Below, piece after piece: positions 20,578 to 28,191 of a stretch of 28,191 nt of DNA (positions are counted from its first letter, which is position 1; the number at the start of each line of letters is the position of its first letter). The stretch is from positions 31,827 through 60,017 of the forward strand of contig JAKMXF010000037.1 of the NCBI GenBank assembly GCA_024704765.1, in the 5' to 3' direction. The translations under genes and the position numbers were made by a program. The DNA is from Oopsacas minuta (taxonomy: Eukaryota > Animalia > Porifera). Below the pieces are notes generated by a model. The model saw only the letters and a program-made list of their open reading frames with translations, made no database searches and was not told where the DNA came from.

Positions 20578-21592
20578 TTGTTTGTTGTTCTGTTTATGAT
20601 TATTCTCATTTACAGATTGTATTTATACAAGTTCATACATTAATTATTCAGGTGTTAAGTGGCGAAATAGAAAGTTACAACTAATCACTTTTCCTTGAAC
20701 TCTACCACGAGACTATTGTCTTACAGAATTACGGATGTGTTAGGTCAGATGGCTGTCAAAATGTAAATTAGTTCCAGTTATAACTAGCCACATTCCTTTT
20801 AATGAATTAGTTGCTATGCTGTATTAGCTATCAGTTTCTATTTGTGTAGTAATCTATAATTAGCTAATTCGGGACAATTGTAGAAGTTTGTTGGTAAACT
20901 AATTTTAGCGCTAAACAAAGTGTACAGTATATGTAAACAAGTAAACAATCATGATAAGTAACATGACAACACATATTGACATTGGAATGCTGTATAATCA
21001 GTATGGACTAGGTTGAGGTAATCTCTTCTCTAATAACTCTTCCTCTATATCCTAATACGAATGTTTGTTATAAGTGAAATAGTCTGTAACTTTATAGAGA
21101 GGTGATAAATAATGACAAGTAAATAATTGTAAACAAATATGTTTGTATATTTTCAAACCTTTTGGTCTGTTTGTAGTCTTATCCTTCTTTGTGTTGGTGT
21201 TTGGAGAGTTTGTTGCTGAGCTCATAAACACAACTTGTGTCTGTAATTAATAAAAACAACAAACATAACAAGAGGGTGGAGGAATTGTACTCATAGACCA
21301 CTCTTAGAGTTACTGAATATAATCGGACCAAGTATCTCTGGGGAACATGTTCCAAATATGTCAACACCCGTTTTATAGAAATACCCGCTCATATCGAAGT
21401 GTGTAATTGTATACATTAATTATTATTATTATTTACGTTTTATAGGTTCGAACAAAATCTAAAGGCGCCAAGTCAGGTTTATTGGCCAAATTCTAACAAA
21501 TATCAGTGAGCAAGTTAATTAAGCGTGTTAAAGGAGGTCTGTTACTACTAATCACCTGTTAGTTAGTAAATATATTGTCATAGCATTCTATA

Positions 21593-22765
21593 CAGGGTGT
21601 CTAATAAGTTCTGTTATATATCAATTCCCCAATAATTTCAAATTTATCCATTGTAAAGCCATGAAACTTTCTATTTTCTTAGGACTTATGTTCCTAATTA
21701 CAAATTACAAATATCATTCAATATAGCCTCCCTTTTTATGAATTACGGAAGTTAGTCTGCTCCGAAACTGATGGACAGCTTTTCGCAGCTCCTCCTGTGG
21801 GATTTTCTGCCATTCACTCAACAAACTAACTTTGAGGGACTCCAAACTCTTGTGAGATTTCGCACAGGCCCTGCTCTCCAAGTTTGCCCAAACAGAATAG
21901 TCGAGTGGGTTTAAATCTGGGCTTGATGGTGGCCATTCATCCTTACTTATGAAATCGATATTTTGCTCACGGAACCAACTCTGGGATACTTTTGAAGCAT
22001 GTGCAGGCGCAGAGTCTTGTTGGTAAGTCCAAGGATTGTTTTGAAAGAGCTTCTCACCCGCAGACGCAATTTCAGGCTCCAAAACCAGTTCTCTGTACGT
22101 CTGGGAGTTTATTTTCACTCCTTGGGGGACAAAAATCAGGTTTGTCCGTGAGTCTGCCGACACTCCCGCCCATACCATCAGAGAAAGAGGCTTCTGGACT
22201 CTATCAATGTATTTGATGCTATCTGGATATCCTGACTTCGAGAAGCAAGTATACGGTCGTTTTGACGATTGCTTGCCTCCTCAACGGTGAACAGCTTCTC
22301 ATCTGAGAAGAGAATCTGATCTTCAGTCCCAGGAGCGAATCGGGCTTTTAGTTGTATGCATCTTTCGAGTCGCTTACGACGTATGGAGTCGTTAAGATGG
22401 TGTACGTTTTTCCGCTTATAGGACTTCATTCCTAGGTCCTCTACAACCAATTTCCGCATCGTTTCGTGATTGACACAGAATTCACGAGACATTTTTCGCA
22501 TTGAACGCCGGGGATTTCTTAGGATTCGACATCTAACACTATTCTTCAGGGCTGGTGTGCGGGCGGATCTTGGACGACCAATTCGTTTCCTGTCGGACAC
22601 GCTGCCAGTCTCTATATATCGTTTTATTGTGCGATAGATCAACATGGGATTCACTTTATCATTTTTTAGCCTTTTTAGAATTTCACTATTGCTAAATCCA
22701 GATTCGTGAAAAGTGACAATTTTTGAACGAATTTCTTCTAACATGATTTTCTGGGAAATCATCAA
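21593..22765 (-). mobile_element. maT (DD37D, Bmmar1-like) element with near-intact transposase (22765-21714); only one TIR found
   Basis: TA|CAGGGTGTCTAATAAGTTCTG at 21593. ILFSDEK (D1), QQDSAPAH..37 residues..SPDLNPLDY. ORFs 22178-22765 and 21714-22178 are joined by one missing base near 22225 (restores QDIPDSIKYIDRVQKPLSLMVW). The 5' TIR was not found. Confidence 0.9.
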
Positions 22766-23055
22766 CTTGAATGATATATACTTGGTATAATTTGAAAGAG
22801 CGCCAAAATACGATGTTCTTTAAGATCTTCTAATGAAGTATTCATATAATTATCGATGACAGATTCCGCGCTTTTACATATTGTCTTGAATAATCTGTGG
22901 GACATTGGTGACAGTTGCATACAACAAAGTCAACGGACCATTTGACCTGGGCTTGTCAGATCCTAAAACAGCCCTAGGTGAATGTCATAGATGGAACCGG
23001 TCAGCTTTTTCATAACCCGACCCGACCGGCTGGTCGACTTACAACTTTGACTATA

Positions 23056-23293
23056 CACTGCGTGGCCAAAAGTATTGGAACACCCTGCCACTTGTGACAC
23101 GAGTGACACACGGCGAGAATATGTTGAATATTCTGTGGATATAGCAGTTAGTGGAAAATTTCTTTTGGTCAAGGTTGATAAATTAATATTTATTAATAAT
23201 TTTCAATAATTTGTCTATAACAAATGTGGCATTAATATTGGTGTCATGTGCTAATAGTGGTCCTGGCGTTCGAATACTTTTGGCCAGGCAGTA
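23056..23293. mobile_element. Tc1-type MITE nested in the hAT 3' region
   Basis: TIRs (C/T)ACTGC(G/C)TGGCCAAAAGTATT(G/C)GAAC with TA on both sides (23054-55, 23294-95). Length 238 bp. Confidence 0.85.
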
Positions 23294-23405
23294 TATAGTG
23301 GTTGATTATACACAGATCCCATTTAATGCAGAAATGTAGAAAAGATAGAATTATTGAAATGTTGACTAATAAAGTAATTTTGTAAATATACAATATGTAA
23401 GAATT

Positions 23406-25278
23406 TTACGGCCAGAGTCCGTTTAATGTTGACTCCTTTAGCACAACTAGGCTTTCAACGGTAGATCCGGCCAAATTACTCCTCTTCGAGTCCAGGGTAG
23501 CACCACTAATACTGAAATGGCGGTCGCTTTCTCCAGAGGAGGCAGGAATTAGATAGATCTTATGTGCCAGTTGTGACAGACATGGGTATTCTGATTGCCT
23601 AACTTTCCGGAACATCAAAGGATTAATTGTAGTGTCTTTTGCACTATTTCCTAAATACGAATTGAATTCTTGAATTAAGGATTCTTTAATTTCACAAGTA
23701 GTAGTTAATTTAGCAGAAACAGATGCAGATGACCGTAGAGAAAGGAAAGGGTCACTCTTAGACACCTTAGGAGGTATCAACTCCATCTCACAGGCATTTA
23801 CTTCTATATATGAGGACAGTGTTTGTAGTGAATTTTTCACATTATCAATTACCCCCCTGCGAAATGAAGCATCTTCAATAAATGACAGTTGACGAAATGT
23901 GGAATCAAGTACTGTAGCTAATTGGTGAATCATAGTTGTCGATGACCAATACTTATTATCCAAACCTTCCTGGACATACTGCCTTAACAACTGGATACAA
24001 TTGAAAGCACTTTCTTCACTAGATGAGATGAGTTGTTGAATTAGATAATATGTTGGAATAATATTCTGTATGGTAGACATTTTAATATGGTCAAATATTG
24101 TGTTGAAAGGTTTGAAAAAGTCGACAATTTCATGTAACAGATTTGGTAATACAGCAATCAGACGGTGAGACATCCCTCATCGTTCTAATATGCTTCGCAG
24201 TTTTTCATAAGATAAACTGAAAGGTTGATGAACTTCATGGAACGATCGTCATGGCTTAGTTACACTGTAGACTTCAAGGTTGTTGGTAAGTCATCCGGAG
24301 ATATATCTGATCGATGTATGAATCCGCTAACATCTTTAATTGCTTTGTCAAACTCTTCTAAAGTACTATCATTACTAATACTATTTTGCCAAGCATCAGT
24401 GAGAACTGATGATAAGCGATGTGCTATACACTGGTATCTTGATACTTCACGGAGTGCAGCAACAATATTGGCACCAGCATCAGTTGTGATGGAAGTATCT
24501 CCGGAAGGTATATTAAACTGATTCATTATGCTTTCAATTTCACTCTGTATATTAACTGCTGTTTTCCTTTCATAATCGAAAACTTTACACCTCAACATTG
24601 TGTGTTTAAGTTCCCATTCATTTAGTCAAAAGCCAGTAAAATCCAAATAAGATCTTTTCTTATAATCATCAGTCCATAGGTCGGTACAAGCGGAAAATTC
24701 ATGCTTTATTACAGCTTCAGCTACAATTTTCTGCATTTTGTTGCTGAATTTTCATTCTCATCAATAGTTCTCTCACGAATTGTTTTCCTACCATACCAAA
24801 TAGTTTTGACATCTATGTTTCCCACTTCGTTACCAATCTTTATGCATGTTTGGACCAAATCTAATAACCCATCTTCTTCAACAGATAGGAAACTGTGCAT
24901 CCCTGAAATAACAAATTTAGTTTCAGCTAATTTTAGATTTTCTGCCAAACCTTTGCTTAAACCTTCTTTTGCAGTTACAAAGTTTGAAATTGTAGGGTGC
25001 TGAGATTGTGTAGTAGGGTGCTTAACACAGGTTTTCATGTGTCTTTGCATAGAAGAAATGCCATAATTTCTTCGATGGCCCCTGCCATCTGGTGCCGAAT
25101 GAGTCTTAAACACCTTATTACAATGCCGACATGTACACCAACCTTGTAACACTTCTTCGTCATTAATAGCAATCATTGGAAGGTCGTCTTTCCAAATCAC
25201 AGAAGTATTTAAACTCTGAACCAAATGATATTCACCTCTCTGAAGTCCAGCCTCAATGTTTATTTCCTCATTTGTCAT
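23406..25278 (-). pseudogene. hAT transposase (BED finger, Hermes DBD, DDE, hATC dimerisation), disrupted
   Basis: WCTCRHC..GISSMQRHMKTC (BED); TDLWTD (D1, ~24680); TTDAGANI (D2); CIAH; PASSGESDRHFS (catalytic E appears as D). Frameshifts and stops separate ORFs 24721-25278, 24260-24598 and 23406-24173. Confidence 0.92.
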
Positions 25279-25438
25279 TCTAATAAAACAGACAAGTTCC
25301 TAACACAACGAAGTAAATTATTTATCAAAAGCTAAATAAGCGGTCCTCGTAAAATGATTACAATGGGCTGGGTAGCCAATTGACACTCCCCAAATCTCCA
25401 TGTTAACACTGTACAGTCTACATGAATTGTATAAGATA

Positions 25439-25592
25439 CATACTTGCCAACCTGAGTAAGGAAAAAAGCGGGACGTAGTATCTAGCATTATATTGGACTA
25501 CAAAATATCGGGACAATTAATGTTTTTGTCAAGTTTCGGTGGGACATTAACCTCAACACATGTCCGTAAACGCGCGACAGTAGGCAAGTATG
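25439..25592 (+). mobile_element. 154-bp hAT-type MITE nested in the hAT 5' region
   Basis: TIRs CATACTTGCC(A/T)AC and internal GGGAC motifs. A clean 8-bp TSD is not seen. Confidence 0.7.
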
Positions 25593-26710
25593 ACGATAGG
25601 GATCACAAATAAAATAAGTATAAATTTATAATAATTATTGATAATTTGAGAAAGATATTCATTAAATAGAGAAAAGACAATAGCAAGATTGAGTAACGAA
25701 TCTACTATAAGATCTGTACGAAATTGTTTAGTTATGGTCTAGTGTAATCGGATTGTCAAGTTGAAGTTTTTGGTAAATATGACAACAGTATTAAATTCAG
25801 ATTTACCATATTCAGAAATTATGATCGGCCGGTTGAATATCTCGACCGGTACCCGACCGGTTCCATCTCTGGTGAATGATCCATGGTTAAATGAATGTAA
25901 TTGGTACTCACCTCTTTTACAATAGAGACTGCAGGATGGGTGTCTAGGATGTGCTGGAAATGAGCAGATGAGATTCGATAAACAATAAGAATCAATATTA
26001 TAGCATACTAGCTAAGGTGTATACGTATAAACAATCATATAAACAAACAAAACAACACCTGAATATAGACGAGAGTCTATACAGCGAAATACACAGATCA
26101 AATTTAGAACTAGTAAAAGGTAGAGGGGCAGCTGGTGTTAGCACAATCTAAAATAGAATAGTAACAGTAAAATCTTTCTATAGTTAACACCCTCAAGAGA
26201 GAAATTCAGTATATGTTTGGGGGATAGCTAATCATATTCACTAAATTTAGCTGTAGAAACAAGCTAGTTCAAAGTATTTCCATTTATAGAATAATGATAG
26301 CGAACTGTAAGGCTAGCTGAAAATATTCATAAAATGGCCTTTCTAAAATTAACATCTAAGATATGATAACAGGCCTGACATGTCAGGTTTTGTCTGACAA
26401 ATTTTGCAAGTTTTCACATGTAGATTTGCAGTTTATAATTTCTTGAGGTGAAAGGAAGCATATATGGAACTTAGGAGCGCTCCTTTTTCAGGAACGGGAC
26501 TTGGCCTGCTCCATTGATTATTCAAGAGCAGAAGGCATGAAATTCAGCTTTTTGCTATAAGAGTAAAGGCTAGGACACTTTGTAAAATTCACAATATGTT
26601 TAAATTGCTTGACGTTATACAGGAATTTCGGGAATTATTAACTTAAAATTGCAACCTTACTCATATGGTTATGTAATATAATATATTCTTATTTAATGTA
26701 GTACTCACGA

Positions 26711-27165
26711 CTGAACTGTTGTTAATATACAAACACCAATAGTATACATATTGCTGAAGTGTATTGAATGTACAAATACCTATGCTACAAATTTACTGAA
26801 GTGTATTGTAAGTGCAAATATGTATTGAAAAATATGAACAAAGTGCAGGGAATGTACAAATATTCATAGGAGAAATATGACTGAAGTGTACTGAATATGC
26901 AAAAAATTCTACGAGTATTCTGAGAAAGTTGTGTGAATGCACACAAATTCAAGGGATAAATATTGCTAAAGTGTACTGTAGGTATAAATATTTACGGTTA
27001 AATTATGAGCAAAGTGTATGAAATGTAAAAATATTCATCATATACAAGTGACTGAAGTGTAGTTGATGTACAAATATTTAATGTACAAAAATGAACAGGC
27101 TGTAGGCAATGTACAAATACTCATGTTTTACGTAAGACTGAGGTGAATTGAAGTACAAAAAAAAT
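26711..27165 (+). repeat. Degenerate 42-43-bp minisatellite (~11 units) with 85-86-bp higher-order period
   Basis: CTGAAGTGTA-type heads at 26711, 26796, 26881, 26966, 27052, 27138 (spacing 85,85,85,86,86), with alternate heads at 26754, 26839, ~26922, 27009 and ~27095. Confidence 0.85.
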
Positions 27166-27435
27166 TGCAATTATATATATAGGTTGGAGTTTATGGACGT
27201 GCTTGGTGTCCACGTGTGCACACTGGTGTATGGCTATGCCATAAGAAAATATTCTCTTCTGGTTTTTACTAAATACGAAATTAAACATAATAAATATATC
27301 GGAGTGCATTAATTATCATTATTATATCATTATATCATTGTTATCAACATTGTAATTTTTCATCATCTTTTGAAAAGGTATTTGAGTTGCTAACAATTAG
27401 AAATGAAAGGTAATATCAATAATTAATAAAAAATA

Positions 27436-28191
27436 CAGGGGCATTCATTAAATACTAATCATGCCATCTAAAACTATAGATACTTGTGTAAAGTTGGAAA
27501 TTTTTGCTATGAATGTTCAGAGGAGTCTCCTTTATACGCTACAACTGAATTTAGCCTTTTAATCCAATTTTCAAATGTCTTTCTATACTGATCCATGGGT
27601 AAGACTTCAAGGTATCTGTAAATTGCCCGACCGAGGCTGAGCCGATCTTCAAATTCGCGTCCGGAGAGGTTATTTTTGAGTTTTCCAAACAGCCAGAAGT
27701 CACATGGAGCTATATCAGGGGAAGAAAGTAGATGTGGAACTTCGTGCATACCCATATCTTTAATTTTTTGCCTTACAGTCAAAGATCTATGCGGTCTAGC
27801 ATTATCGTGCAAAATTTTGAGGCCATGAGTTCCAGTCTTTGGACGACGCTTAAGATAATGTTTTTGACCTTAGGCAACACCATATCTGCGTAAAATTGTC
27901 CTGTGAGTGTCTGACCTTTGGGAACAGGGATTTGGGCTACAGGACCTGGGCCATCGAAAAATATGCAGTACAAGACCTTCGGGGCACGAAGTCGGATACA
28001 CAAACAGCTGGGGGGTACCTATCCCTTCTTCAGCCAACCCTGCCATCTTGCTTTCTGCTTGGTGGTTTGAATTGTATCCATGTTTCATCTCCTGTTACTA
28101 TATCTAATAACCGCCTAGGGTCACTTCCTTCATAAATTTCAAGGTTTTCCTTAGCCATTTTGGAGTCTCGCGGCCTTTTGTGGAAAAGTTA
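27436..28191 (-). mobile_element. DD34D mariner element, 3' half (runs off the window); frameshifted transposase ending at 27507
   Basis: TA|CAGGGGCATTCATTAAATACT at 27436. IVTGDETW (D1), KVL..IFFD, HDNARPH..34 residues..SPDIAPCDFWLF. Confidence 0.9.

Larger units (their letters stand above)
22986..25871 (-). mobile_element. Full-length Hermes/hobo/Ac-like hAT transposon, 2886 bp
   Basis: 17-bp TIRs CA(T/G)AGATGGAACCGGTC (22986-23002, 25855-25871). 8-bp TSD GTGAATG(T/A) (22978-85, 25872-79, 7/8 match). Subterminal (C)GACCGG repeats at both ends. Confidence 0.92.

Noticed and set aside
26374-26387. 14-bp palindrome CCTGACATGTCAGG
   Set aside because: It is isolated with no partner TIR or TSD found, and one such palindrome is not surprising in TE-derived DNA.
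26711-27165. Repeat-spacer-like pattern resembling a CRISPR array
   Set aside because: The context is eukaryotic, repeats are degenerate, the intervening segments are short and themselves homologous, and there are no cas genes. It is a minisatellite.

Overview
AT-rich eukaryotic (animal) DNA with spliceosomal GT-AG introns, made up almost entirely of DNA-transposon relics. The style of the intronless coiled-coil+NHL genes resembles the expanded family of the glass sponge Oopsacas minuta; that assignment is an unverified inference. A 21-N scaffold gap (7837-7857) splits the window in two. Block 1 (1-7836) starts and ends with the same 115 bp. Joining its ends rebuilds a ~684-bp TG...CA non-autonomous element with ~130-150-bp TIRs. 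The block also holds two hAT transposase fragments and an NHL-repeat pseudogene split by a nested Ginger/mariner insertion. Block 2 (7858-28191) holds a full-length DD37E Tc1-like element, a MULE transposase relic, a full-length Ginger-type element with a 4-intron integrase (inserted in a secreted-protein pseudogene), one intact intronless coiled-coil+NHL gene (19411-20577), a near-intact DD37D maT transposase, a full-length Hermes/hobo-like hAT with TIRs and 8-bp TSD, a 42/85-bp higher-order minisatellite and a DD34D mariner cut by the window end. All six transposase/integrase genes in block 2 lie on the minus strand, which is suggestive of a uni-strand piRNA-cluster-like locus. No rRNA, tRNA or CRISPR array was found.
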